NCBI GenBank assembly: GCA_040954595.2
Contig: CM082594.2
Location: forward strand, 9,924,296 to 9,988,295
DNA length: 64,000 bases
Direction of reading: 5' to 3'
DNA from: Balanoglossus misakiensis
Lineage: Eukaryota > Animalia > Hemichordata
The number at the start of each line of letters is the position of its first letter. Positions within the stretch are counted from its first letter, which is position 1. The notes beneath the pieces were generated by a model. The model was not told where the DNA came from. It did no database searches and was given only the letters and a program-made list of their open reading frames with translations. Below, one piece after another: positions 1 to 14,228 of the stretch. Made by a program: the position numbers and the translations under genes.

Positions 1-1379
1 AGGAATTTCCCGGGAGGATCTAAACACAGCTGAAGTGGCTTTGTTTGACGCTCTTTATACAATGGAACTCAGTCCCCATTATACAAAGTAGAGATCTTCG
101 AGCCATGAGAACTAAAGGGGAGGGGACACACACAATCTTGATCAATACTGACAGAGTATGGGTGCAACTGTTTGTAACTGTCAGTGTTTACAATTTCCCT
201 CCCTAATTTCCTTGTCTAAATGATCTGCTAATTGTTAATAATCATTAATTAACAGTATATTTTCTGATGTTTCCTGTAATTCTGACTTTATTTTATTCAA
301 AATGCAGTCATTAGAAATCTACAATGAAAAAAAATTACAATTAAAATGACTTAAATAAGGTACAATTAAAGATAAATAAATGAAACTAAAGACTTGGTGT
401 TTGTAGAGAATTCTCAACAATAACAGTTTAGTATTCCTTGAAATGTAAATTGATAAATGAATGGTACTGTAAGACCATGCTACCTTCCTTGAATGATTCA
501 TCAGGTTAGCAATGATTTGTTAATAGACAGAAATTAAAGTTCTGTTCTGCTTTATGACTAGCATTGTTCTGTGACTATTCCGAACCCATCAACGTCGAAC
601 AATACATCACAATAGACAGTTTTGACTCCTTAATGACTTGCAGAATAAATCCAAGGCCATGCCTGTTAAGTTACTAGTTTAACTTAATATCAGTTGCCGC
701 CACTATGTCTGACTTCTGACAACATGGAATCATTAATATCCCCAGTTGCTTGAAAAATATGAATATTAATCCATGAACATAAATTTCATCACAATTGATG
801 ATCTCACTTGATAACCAGTTCCACGCATTGCAATTGAGTTTCCATCAAGACCTTTTTTACTCCTTTTAAAATCATACTTTGAAATAGTTGGAATTTAATT
901 GATAGATATCCATCCTCATATGACCTCTTCAAATTCAGGGAGAAAGGTACACTTCAACTCTAACATTGTATGGATATAATTTCAAGACAACAGATCTTAG
1001 CAATCAATGTGATTATATTCTATTTCGTTCAATTCACACGTTTATTGTTATACGCTCTTTCTCCTACGAAAGAATGCGATTGGAAATTATCTTGCCGCAG
1101 CACGATTGATCAAAGATTAAAAGTTTGACCACATATGTCCTAAGGTCGTATCGTCGATTGTCTGTGTACCTTTTCCGCAATAATTCCATTCCACCTGCAT
1201 GTTTACCTGAGTTTTATCCGCTGTTTTAGATTGGCTTTCATCTATTCCGATGAATCACGCACTTTTGTGTCATGATTGGTCACTTTAAACTAGTCCCTCC
1301 TTCATGGTGTAATCTATGTTAATGTATGATAAAGAGCTCTGCTTGCCAAATATGGTAGCTACTCATTAAGCTTGCCCAA

Positions 1380-2780
1380 CTGAGCGTTTATTTTGCCTGC
1401 ATGTTTTCATGGAGTATTGGCGTCGGGGAAAGGTGGTCGACGTCGCCGAATTTCAAGGGATTTTACGCGGTTTTTTGCTTGGACCCTTTTAGGATTAATG
1501 CAGGAGGAACAGGAGATAACCGGCCGTGGCGTAGTGTAGTGTGTTTTGTCAAACATGGCCAGAAATCGAGCCATCGGTGGATGGATTCTCGTCTTGGTGT
1601 CCCTCTCTCAAGCAGTTGTAGTTTTAGGTGAGTTAGAACTTATTTATACACTCCAGCTCTGGTCTTCAAACTACTGCATATAAACGCCGTTGTGAGATTT
1701 AGGCGTGAGATGGGTATTTTGAAGACCTAGGCGTTAAGCAGTGCGAGGTTTGATTCATTAATTGTATGTGGACAGTGTTATGACAGTGGTTATGACAGTG
1801 TGACTGTGCTGGTAGTCGGGGTCAAGATTGTCCGCGTTTGACAAAGGACGCGTGTACACTGGTGCACGTAATGGACAGGAGGGGAGGCCGTGTGGTTGTT
1901 GTGTAAAACTTCGTCAGAACTTCGAAGACATTACTCTAAACGCCTCTAAGCCGTGCTAAATATCTGACTGGGGGCCTGATTGCGAGTATGTGCCATCTGC
2001 TCAAGAGTCATTCTGAGGGGGGTTTGAAGGAACGGTTTCTGAGAAATCACCAAGGATGTGAGCTGGAGTCTCAGCCAGCCGAGGTTGAAGTTGACGGCGA
2101 TACGTGTTCACTCCCGACTCGCGTCTCACTCACGGAGCTGTTGTCAATCTTTCGTCTGCATGCATGCCGTGCTTTATTATAAGAGGGGATTAGTTAACCA
2201 AGACATGCGGAACTCCCGATGGCGATTCAAACGTTCCTTCGTGTGACTTTCACGGATGTAATTTTCGCTTCTTCCGCTTGTTTGTGCCAAGTATCAACGA
2301 TCAACGCACAGGCACAGTCGACTCTGCCAAGAAGATCCCCGTGCTCGGTGTGGATATCGACTCGAGCGAGATTGAAAACCCAGATGCTAGTGGAACTCGG
2401 AAGATCATTTGAGTTGACGAAAGTTGTAGCAGTAAAGCAACTATCAGGAGTTCAGAGATGAGAATGCATAGGAAGATTGATTAAAGGGTTTCTCTGCAAG
2501 ACCTGAGTTCGTGCAATTGATGAAACTCTTCAGTGAAATGTACATGGTGTAGTCACGGTGCCGTCTTCCGCGTTGTAAGGCCAAGTGAAGCTTCACATGC
2601 GAGCTTGCTGTCAACACCATCGAGGTGCAAACCTCACTTGAGGGCGACCGGACTGATCCGAGAAAAAAGTATTGACTAGAAGCGCTTCATCCACTAAACC
2701 GGAGTGAAGAAAATGGCAAGAAACGCGAACGTTTGACCGTGCAAATGAAATGGACAACTGAGAGTGATGTACGATTTCAA
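1380..2780. promoter_or_regulatory. CpG-enriched region around exon 1 and the start of intron 1 (probable promoter / 5' regulatory island)
   Basis: Visibly higher CG dinucleotide density than the CpG-poor flanks; surrounds the start codon. Boundaries approximate, TSS not identifiable. Confidence 0.45.
1555..1627 (+). CDS. NEO1: Coding exon 1: signal peptide
   Basis: aaacATGG context; [24 protein letters not shown] (basic N-region plus hydrophobic core); ends G|gtgagt in phase 1, matching exon 2. Confidence 0.85.
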
Positions 2781-5700
2781 TTGAACGCTGCAACAGAGTT
2801 ACACTTTAGTCATTCATTGGTTCAAATGTTGCAAAGATGGCCATTAAGTTCCTTAATGGGGGGGGGGGGGCAAAATAAATCGTCAAGCCTTGAAACACGA
2901 AATCCAGTGACACCTTCAGAATAATGCAAATTTACTAGGATGTACTAGTGAGATAATATTCAGATTCATCTCTCAAGCTTGATGCGTCCTTCAAGCTTCC
3001 ATATATGCCGGGGAAAGCAAACCAGAGACATTATATGGATGTAATGGAAATGCAGCGAGCGTACTAACTAACAGTGGTTGGTAAAAGTATGTAGAATTGA
3101 TGCTATACCAGCTGCGAGGATTGGCCGTCAGGCCCTGACACGATATCCGTCAATGTGCGACGAGTTCATATGTTTTTAGAGAGACTGTGATTGTTGCAGG
3201 CGTTTATAACAATGGACATATAAAACATTTTAATAAATGAATGACAATAGTGATATTATCCCACATTATTATGGACATATGCTGTCACCGGGTTATTCCT
3301 ATAAACATTATGGTTTTGGTCAGGTATTACTCTCTACCCAGTTTAGTATATTTGACTAGTTCTAGGTCATCTGTGCCCTTTTGTCTCTTGGCATAAAAGT
3401 GTTGTTCCTGAGGAATACAAATGAGGCTTAATGAGAGACGCCTCGTTAGAAGTTTGAATAGCAATTAGCCTACATTATAGTGAAAAATATGAGAATAAAT
3501 GTCTACACCAACATTTGAATCTGTTTCATATTTGACAGTTCTGTGCTAAAACAGTTGTATATTTATTTTGTTTTGAGGGGATAATTTTTAATCTGCATAC
3601 CAATAAACTGATTATTCTGCAGAATTTTATTTCTGAACGTGTAAATATTTTTTCAAGCTGTTCACATATTTCTTGATCTTTTGGTTTAGTGGGTTTTTAC
3701 ACAATTATTGTACCTTGGGATGTATACAAATGTAGAAGGGTTGACTACTTAGCAAGCTGTCTAACTCTTTGTTTCTGAGAAGCAGTTTGCCAAATGAGTT
3801 TTGCTATTCAAAGTACTATCCTCACCCCTGTGGAACACTCGATTGTGTGTGTAAGCTTGGGCTGTTGTTTATTGGGGGGGGGGGGTACCTACCTGTGCTA
3901 AAACTGTGGAACAGCGAAAGTGCATTACATGCCGAGAAGAATTGGACATTTAATATGGCGTACTCACTTCACAATGTGCCATTACCGGGTGTTTAGAACA
4001 CGATCGTACGGAAACTCAACTCCTAAAATGGACGTACTGGCCACGACAAATAATGCCTAAGAGCTGTAAACAATGATATTTCTTATGGTCCGCCATGCTT
4101 TTAAAAGAAAGACAGAGTAGGTAACGTGCACATTGGAGCAAGGGTGAACTGGTATCCAAGCCACCTGGGGAAAACCGACACCAATCGACTGAAATTCTGA
4201 AATTTCACTCGGTGAACCCGAAAATGCTCTGCTTGATTGTGCAGCGCACAGAACAAGTTAGGTTGTGTTGTTGAATTGTGTGTTATTTAGACTAACAAAG
4301 TTAGAAAAGCAAAAAGCTTGATGATGCCCTGGGGGGCTTCTGCTGCAGTTAGAAGATTCTGGTGCTCGTCTGTTTTCAGACGGAAGTTCAGTGGGGTTGC
4401 GTTTGTTGTCAAACCATCGATCATCTGCGAGAAACTGTGATTTGGTGTTTCTTGTTTTAATCATCATGATTAAATTAGAATTATTGTCGGCATTCTGGTC
4501 TTTTATCATACCCTGCATCTGGAAGCACTGGAGTGTTGAGGCTTCACAAAATACCCCTTAGGTTTCTTGAAAAAAAAATACTGCTTGCTCAAACAGTTGA
4601 TGAGTGTTGCTTGAATTCTGCAACATTTCTTACTGTACCAGTATTTATCCTTGTCAGAGCCCAGGGGCTTGAAAATGTTATTGGCGGGGGTGGGGGGGGG
4701 GGGTGTAGGGGGGATTGTCTGTAACCTGAGCACAATTTTATTTTGAAAGGTGATTCGAAAATTAATAAAGAGAACTGATAAATAGCTGGTATGAATTGAA
4801 TATTATGTGTTGATTTTCTGTCTGTGACAAGTCAAGTATAAAGCACTTGTGTTCAGTCTCTCTAGAGCACTCTTTAAACTTCTCTTCCCAAGAAAATCAT
4901 AAAAATAATCACATTTAAAAGCTTATTTGGTCACAGTATGTGCATATGACTCAAGCAAGAAGTATTGAAAATGTTTCTCTTGGGGGGAATACAGTGCTAT
5001 CAATGATTTTCTTCTTGTCTCGCGATGAACACTATGAACTGTAACTGCAGAAAACAGCCAGATTGCTTTCTTGTTGGTATAAATTTTCATATTTTGGTGT
5101 GCTAGGTAGCAGAGAGAGATGGAAACTAGCCATCCAAATCATGGGGCAAAGTTTTGTGGTGTTGGGGTCAGGTAGTCTCTGTTACACAAAGTGGTAGCGC
5201 TTTAAAATGTCAGACACCGGAGAAGTCAGGAAGTGTGGAAAAAGGAAAAGTCCAGCTTGGATGGCTTTGTGATTATGATTTGAAAAAAAAAGTGAAATCG
5301 GCGTTTCGACACATCGCGATGATAGGTACCGATCATTCAATCCCAAATGTCCATCTGATCAGTGCGGCATGACTTGTCTATCAACCCAAACTTGAGTACC
5401 GGGCCCTCTTGCCCCTCACTATCGTCGTGGTAATCCAAGTTTCACGCCAAGGTTAAAAATACAATCAGCAAAGCCTGATAGCCAGCATGCAATACAGTAT
5501 GCTGTAAACTTTGAATACCAAAGACGATAATAAATATGTGAGGTATTTTGAAGATGACTTTGCCAGAGTACAAAATTAAAGTTAGTGCGATGTTAAGTTT
5601 TCAGACAGACTGCCTAGTGCCTTTTACACCACAGTCTCTCCGTGCTGATAAAATCTAGATTCAGACAGTCTCAAACTTCAAAGGATTCAACAGAAAGGGT

Positions 5701-8700
5701 TAGTTTGCCGTATACAGAAGCTTGGAATTAGAAACTGGTGATATTTTCGTTGGGGGTGTAGAATTACAAACCTGCTCTGCTGGGGTAACTAATGGGCCTG
5801 GTTGTGATTGACAGACCGAGTACAAGGGGTTTGAGCTGAAACGCAATGGACCAACAAATGATATTTTATCCTCGGACAAAAACAAAATGTGCATTTAGCT
5901 GAGAGGTGCATTGAGCAGTCCTGTGGTGACAAAATAACATAACCTTACAAAGTTTGTACCTTTTCAGGAATGTGTGGGGTTCAATATCAGAGTACAGATC
6001 ACCAAATTCAATTAATTTGTTTACAACCGGTACAACAATATAGTACCTGACACTCCATCCTTGATAACTACATGTAAATGACATTATATGGTTTTGATTC
6101 TTGAACTATGTCTGTTGTATACAGTTCTGACCATACTATCTAAAAACAAAATGACTGGATTATGTACAGTTTTGGCATAGCTACTGGAATCATTGAAGTC
6201 CAGTTCTTGTAATTTCCAGTTCTGTGAATTCAGGCGCCACAAGGACAGATAGCAGATTATTTTTCTTATAAATTGGTAGGTGTTAATAACACGACGAGGG
6301 CCAGGCATGTGAGGAAGCATAAGAGACAGTCGAGACACAATGCCTGTCTCGGAAATCAGATCCAGGCAACATTGATTTTTAGTGTATACACACCCTGTGA
6401 TACCTTTTACCATTGTTTAGAATTGCGCTGAACACCGAATATCACAATTCTGAATATTATTTCCGGATGAAAAAAAAATGACGAAGCAAATAAAGAATGT
6501 GAATGGAAGGGGTATTGTCTTTCAAGAAATGGATTTGGTGTGCTTCTCTGTTATTCTGTGGGCAGTATATGGAACAAAGGAAAGGTGTTTTGTATGTGAG
6601 CTGTCAGTGGAATCTGACGTCTTTTGCAAAGCATGCATGCCACGGCTTAAAAGGGGTAAAACAGATCCTACAGTCTGTGGTTTCACAACTCAATGGCTTG
6701 ACCTCATCAAAGTTTGTTACTGCAAGTATTTTTATCTGGTGAAATTTGATTTGATGGGGTCAAGGGATTTAAAGGTAGGGATTTATCTCAAATTTCCATA
6801 GTAATTTGACATAGCCTATGATCTAACTAACTAAGTACAAGTAGTTTACTCGATGCCGGCATGGGGATCTTACCTGTCTGCCTCTAGGTGGCAGGCTTCA
6901 AGAAAAAAAGCATTGAGATATTATCACTGGGTACAAAAATGAAAGTAGACAGGAAACATCAAGCTCATTCACTTCATCAAAATGACATTACATTACCTGG
7001 AGTTTGAATTTCAGAATTTTAAATTGCAATAACTGATGCAAGTATTAGTACATTTGTAAACTGTGAAGTCCTTACTGTATATTGGACATATTTGATAAAA
7101 GTGAAATTTCACACGTTGACACACTGACAGATAAACGCTATTTATATCATTTGGAATTATCCTTAATTTTGGTTCTGTAGCAGTCTCTTTTTTCGCTGAA
7201 TGTGTTGATGAAACTGAAACTGACATGATTGTGGTCATTCAGAGCATAGACACCATTCAATCACCTTCTGTATTCAGCTTCAGACAGGGATGAGTCAGAC
7301 CCCCTAGGTGGATGATTCTTGTGGTGTCAAAATAACGGCGGAAGATGATGCATTTAATTGAAAGCGGTCGTTTTGGGTGTCATCCTCAGTTTTGCTGTGT
7401 GAATGAATTTAACACAGCATGGTGTGTTAAATTTTCATAAATTGACAATTCAGGTAGCAGGGTTGTTTTCATTATTCAGAGAAGAATGCATGTATCACCA
7501 GAACTGTCATAGACAACAGCTCGTAACTCTTGCACGTTTTATCCAAATCATTGGAAGGCTTCTAATACCTTTGGTATGTAATAACAATAGAGCAGTACCA
7601 CACAGACTCACAACAGAGCATCAGAATATGACTGATTGTCAAAGATAAAAAATAATATTAAAAGTTTTTTTGGTCTCAGTTATTGATAAATGTGATATTC
7701 CCATTTCAATCACCTCAGACGTTGCCTTTAAAAAGTAAATCTGGTACTGTTCCCAGTTTACTAATTTGTAACATTGGCTTGTCTGCCAATAAAAACCACT
7801 GAGTATGGAAGCTGCATGTTAATTTGTGTTAATCCTACTGGTTGTACTTTGCTGGCACCATAAATCACCCACTTTTGAAATTCAGGTCACGCATGCAATA
7901 AACGCTGGTAGTGGCACTCTGATTGTGTGTGTCAAAATGTTGTCAGAGGAAGGGGAAAATAGTCAATGTTGTTGGATAACTTGAAGTTTGGTACAGAAGA
8001 TAAGAGGACAAGCCCATAGTTTGAATGTCTCTAAACAACAACAAATAAATCTCTGACTTGAATAGACTTGCTAATCACATAAATACAATATCAGCTTTAT
8101 TCAAGTGTTGTCTGTATATTTTGGCTGTTATGTAATTGATGTAAATAAACATTTCTGATCAAGTTTGATTTTGATGCGACTACACATTCTGCAGACAGTC
8201 ATAGAACTTTACCTGCTGGTAACCCTAGCCAGACTAACATTATTCCAGAGTTTATTTCCCTTGGTATCTTTCATATGGCCGAGGAGAGTGGAATGTTGGA
8301 ATAGGATCTGGTGTTTACTGTTCAGTAGAGTCCCACAGTAATCATCAGTGTCCTCTGTACCATTGATGGGAAACAGATGAGTCTAAACCTGACACTGCCA
8401 ACAAGGCCAAAAATAGACTGAATATCATTAGTTTATCAGTTGTGTTCTTTCTCAGTAGCCGTAGTGTCAAGATCAGTGTGTTACAGGTTTTGTTATCCTG
8501 GGCTAGGCACTGATAGCACATGGTATATATTGTGTCTCATAATTATTGAGATGCAGGGTGATTTGGTGTGTAGAATCTAGCACCTGGTGTATGACTTAAT
8601 GGTCAGGTCTTGCCTGTATGCTGGTTTAGTTGATGTGTGCAAGCATCATACATGTACATGCGGATATGCAGCAAGACAAGTCTCAGAGGAGATCATCTAT

Positions 8701-11700
8701 TTTGCTCTGGTTCATACACAGTAGAGAATGTGACATTTCTTTACAACTTCATGCATATAGGCATTATAAAAGTGTACTCCACAGATGAATTATTGGTCCA
8801 TGCCACACATTCTGCTCCGGGCAGCCTGTTTGCAAACAAAGCAACATTTCCCTGGTTTTAGTCATAATTCTTTTGAATTTTCATCTTCATCAGGTATTTG
8901 AAAATAAATGAATACAACAAAAGGCCACGTGAATAGCATTTCTACATGCCGACAATGCATCTGCATGCATAATTGAGATCCCTGATCTGCAGCCATGCAA
9001 CAGCAGGACCCGGTCTGTAGCTGGTGTAGGGTTTCCCTCAATGCACTTTGTGCAGGTTTTTTTTCCACTTCGATTACAAGCATTGAACACAGCGCTGAGA
9101 GAAAAGAAATGTCAGGCACTGAGAGAGATTATGTTATTGTTCGTTGGTTGAATAGCTTGACTGGAGAACCTTGTCAACTTGCATTGATTGGACTATACCA
9201 CGATTATGAAGCCATGTTGAAGGTATTCACCCCACAATTAACATGTTTCCATGCATGGATTCTTGAGTTGTTTGTGGGCCCCCTCTTAGCGCTCATTGAT
9301 TTCTCCCACACCACACAAGCACAAAGTACGCAGATTTATTTCCTATGGCAGTAATTCACTGAATAAATTTACCGGCCTGGGAACGGTTCGGGTTTCTTGG
9401 CTTCGTACGTGGATAGCCCCAGCCGTTGCAGCCAGGCTGCTCTTTGGATTTTTGAATGGGACAAAACACAAAGTGTAATTACAGGTTTCTCTTCACAAGT
9501 TCCACCCAGCACATGCCATGGTCACTATCACTGACAAGAGCCGACATCAACACAACATGCACCTCATTTCCATATGCAATTCCATGCTTGACTGGTTTCT
9601 GTCTATTGAGCCTGAGAAACACTCTCTGCCACTAAACACCCTTGAATGCCACGTTCAGAGGTGTTGCTGCAGACCCATAAACATTTAGTGGTCGTAAAAT
9701 GTATCGTTTGTGTGGGCTGGTGCTCTAGCTGGCAAATCACTCTCTGTTGTGGTGGTGTTAACCCTTCCACCCCTATTTCCCTGTGTAAAGAGGTCCAGCG
9801 GTGCCATTGAGAACAATGGAGTTGGGCTAAACCATGCTTGTGAAAGGGTTGTGTGTTTAGAAGGAACTGTACCGTTTGAAGACGGAATTATAAGAATCAC
9901 TGAGGCAGAGTTGCAGGAAAAGAATCTGGCAAGGACAGAATGAAAACCACAATTGTGTGGTATGCCTGTATTGTGTATCTAGCCAATATGATTATGACTT
10001 GTAACTTATCACAAGTGCCTCTAAGCTTTCTAAGAGATTAGCTGTACAGTTGTACTACCAAGACCAGGCCAGCTTTATCTCATTGAATACTGTAGACGGA
10101 ATTATGCGTATACTATTACTGAGTGTGGAGGGGTTTCTGAAAGCTATGCTCAGTATTCCCTGTGACATACCCACAGGTTAGCAGTGTTGAGTTGTGTAAT
10201 GATATACAGGAAAGAAAATCAAGAATAAAACTCTGTTGGAATGTCCAGAATGATGGGAGTGTTACTACAGAAATACTTGACTGTCTAGTATGTACTGTAA
10301 TGAAAAAATGCAAGATACTCTATCTCAGTACCCAAGGCCTAGCATCTGATAGACTAAAGTCCTTCTTTTGAGAGAGATTTGCAGAAAGATTTTCAACCAG
10401 CTCCAACGTGACAGATCTTAGTCGATAAACAACATAGTGCAGGTGGAAGTACTCGCTGCCTGATGATCATCTAAGAGTGGAACATTTTCAGACTTGTTAT
10501 TTCTGGACTGACATCCCATCCAGACATAATGGGTTCAGTTCTAGACCCTCACTGTTCAAGCTGTATATTCAACCTGATAATTACCTTAGTGGCGACTTTT
10601 ATACCCAACAAATCTCTTGGCTGCGTGCAAGCCATATTATAGACCTCACCATCTGAGATGCTTTGGAGAGGGGAACTTTGACTAGCATGGATTTACTGAA
10701 ATCATGGTGGCCATCAATCTGATTAAAATCAGATGTAGGGTTAGCTCGATCTTTACCTTTGTTGATCTAGCCAACCCTTCATCTGATTTTAATCAGATTG
10801 GGTGGTCATATCTAGAATGGCTATTGCTTGGGTCTGAAATGTTTAGGCTGTTTGTATGGTCCAGGGCAAATGTGAGCTTGCATGTTCAGAGCAATTCTGC
10901 TTCCGGCCTACTCGGCATTATCTATGAAGACAACATGCAGACGGGAATTCTTCAAAAGATGATAAATGATTGCCAGTCAGGTGTGTCTTGTGAAGGATCA
11001 GCTTCAGTAATGTAGTGTTTAGCGTGAATGCCTACGTACAGATTTCGCTCGCTGTTGAAGTGTTGCCAGCAAGTAGCCGATCCATCAAAATCCTGGCCTA
11101 TGAATTGAGCGTCCTGACCTCCAGTGTGCCCTCCAAGTCGAATGTAACATGCCAGTGGTGCATATAATTCTCCCCACCATGCAGGACAACTTTTCATATT
11201 ACAAGTGGAACCGATGCAAAAGGAATCTGTGGGGGGAAAGGCTTTTGACCTGTTACTGACAGGATGACATTACAGTCTCTCATCACAGATGTCTACCTGT
11301 AGTGAAACAAGAGAGAGTACAGCATTAAAGGTACACAGTCACCTCCAATTTACATACATGTACGCCCATACATGTATATAGCTGAAATGATGTATTTCAG
11401 TGTTCTAAAGAACATATGGTGGCACCCTTTTTTTGCATGTGCCACCCACTAAAAATCTGTGATTGGCTGGATCTCAATTTGCCATGGTTACTGTTACAGT
11501 AGCTAAATTGACATAAATGTAGGTGGCTGTATACCTTTAATTAGAATCTCCTGTCCCACCACTCCAAGGTTGCCTTCTGTCAGCAAACGTACCTTCACGT
11601 ACCAACCGCTTCTGAAATTGTTTTCACAAGACTACATGTATGTCATGTGATCCTAAATAAACCAAACCCTGGTGACAGTACAGAAGGTGGCTTGCCTGCC

Positions 11701-14184
11701 CAAACACAATCAGGAGGCAAATCAATGCTAAATATGCTGAATATGTTATCTGCCTGACTGCAGATCCACCCAACAGATAACCACCTTTCAGGCTTGTTTT
11801 TTATTTCTTTGGATGTCCAGTATTGCATGGAAGACTGCTGGGAAAGATAACATAGAGTTCAGAGTTGTCTGAATGTCCCATGTGTGTTGAGTCTAGTCTT
11901 TGCTAAAACCCATTTGTCAGTAAATGGAGCTACTGATTAGGGTCTTGAACCACTTTGGTGTGGTCACTGGCAATTATCCATACTCCCCAGGCTGATCAAG
12001 ATTGAGTCAGGCTTCTCAACCGCCAGTGTTGACTTAGCTTTGTGTTTCCATCATAGTCGAGCCTTCCATCATAGTATAAATGTGAAAGATCCAACCGTTA
12101 TAGGCTACTTGTGATGGATAGCTGTTGAAGCACTACGATAACATCACAAGCACACTTCAATATTTACAATTTAGGAAGCCATACAAGCTTGATTTTCAAA
12201 AAGTTCACGTGAGAACTTAGACTAAACATCAGAACTTTTCACCGCCCTGATACAATTATAGAAAATTCACCTATTTATGCACATCATTATAGTTAAATGA
12301 GTGAAGTAAAATAAAAGTAACTGCAGCTGTTATGAGCATTTGAATGTTCAGATCTAGACACTGTTTGGTCTATTACTCGCATTTCCAAAAGTATCAGCAA
12401 AAGGGGTCAATAGTGAGCGACTGAAAACACGCTAGTCTAATTTCCAAAAGATGTCTAAACATCGCAAGAGTTAGTAGACAATCAGAAAACATTGTAAACA
12501 ATTTGCCAGTTACAGTACTATCGCAAAGCAATCAATGCCCCAGGGCTACAAACTTTTCCCCCTTTCAAGCTGCCGAGTCCATTGGCCACAACCTCAAATG
12601 TTCTCGTTTTCCTTCCAATACATTTCATCTCATTTGATCTCTGAAGCATACTGACAGCATTGAACTCTGTGTTGTTTTTACCTGAAATGAACTTGTCCTT
12701 TTTCATGTGTTACACCAAACTTGTGTTGTTGACTAAGACGACTTTTCAAAATTGCAAACCCACTTAACATGTACAATTGAGTTTGATTTAATACTTTGAA
12801 GGGTACATGCTGAAGGAGCTTGCTTTGACTGTTTTGAATGGACAGAAAAAGGGATCATTAGTCGGAGGTTATTTGAGGAGTCCCAGTCGAGACACACACT
12901 ACTTCACTCCACATAAGTTACTTCACTTGAAATCAATTTGAGATGACCTGAAGGTAAACCCCTCCCCCCTCCAGGTTTATTGCAGGAGTTTGAAGTCGCC
13001 GCAAGTACGAGATGCAAAAAAGTTGTTTACATTGACATGTCAACAGTGTTGTCATCCTGTAGAACATATTACAGCCTGCGATTTCTCGTTGATTTGTGGG
13101 CAGCAAAGTTGGGAAAAGTTGGTAGTTATCTGTCCATTCTGAAATCAGGTTGGTGGTCCAAAACAAGTTGTTTATGTTCACTTGTAATCTGCGTGTGTGA
13201 CATGTTACAAATATTTCTTGTAATTTTCAAGTTGATGAAAAAAATATTGGAAAAATTATAAAGATAGCCTGGTCTCTTTACCGACAGTGGACGTCTTTGT
13301 GCATTTACTGAGGTCTCTATTCATATTATCTAGTAGTTTACATGTGATCAAACCCAGTCTTGACTTATATCAACTCCAAGTTAGTTTCCTCAGAAATCTT
13401 TGAATCCTTGAAGATGAAAAACTTTGTGGAGGAGTTCCTCGAATCTGAGATTGGTAATCTCTACCAGGCATTCATGATAAATATTGAAACTTGGATACTC
13501 ATTATTTTACAAATATTGACTTTGCCAAGAGCAGCCCACTGTAAAAATGCAACAACAGGATCGACCTCTTGTAACCGATGGCCTTCATCTGTGACTGACA
13601 TTGAAATTTACACAAAGTCTGTCGATGCATGGACCGTGTGACACGAACTAGAACTGACTGGAGCCAGGAATCTCTGCTTGGGAGGTTGGTTCTTGGGAGC
13701 GAGTGGGAGATTGTGGGACGACTTTGAGACATCCAACAAAGGGCACCTTTCAACGACTGGAGGAGATGGTAGCAGCCGTCAGCATCTATTGTTGATATTT
13801 GTGTTTCTCTAGAGTTTTGGCCATTGTGTCAACAAGCTGAACCAACACTTGACTGTTCACCCTCGTCCATAGCCACAACACATGGATTGGTTTTTAATCT
13901 CAAAACCCACCCAGTAAAGCCATTCCCAAGGTCTGCAAACAGAAAGGAGATCATCTGGTCCCCCCCCTCCCTGCAAGCTATGTGGCACAGATGTCTGTAT
14001 TGAAGTGCCGCGACACATGCGTTTTGCCGTACAGGTCTTATCATAAATACATCTGAATTGAAAATGTGCTGCACACATGGTTGCAGAGGGGGGTCCTTTC
14101 TTTCTTTCTGTTTTCATTCTGCAAATCAAAATGTCCCACTGTCCTGGCACAGAGTGGAATAAACGAAGCCAATCCATGCTCTCT

Positions 14185-14228
<44 letters not shown>

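Noticed and set aside
1401-1631. 76-aa ORF overlapping exon 1, and upstream ATGs as regulatory uORFs
   Set aside because: Out of frame with the signal-peptide exon, and the transcription start is unknown, so uORF status cannot be supported
2857-2870. Poly-G/poly-C runs (also ~3873, ~4686, ~21806, ~22371, ~28552, ~30715) as functional G-quadruplexes
   Set aside because: Simple homopolymer runs scattered through introns, with no evidence of function
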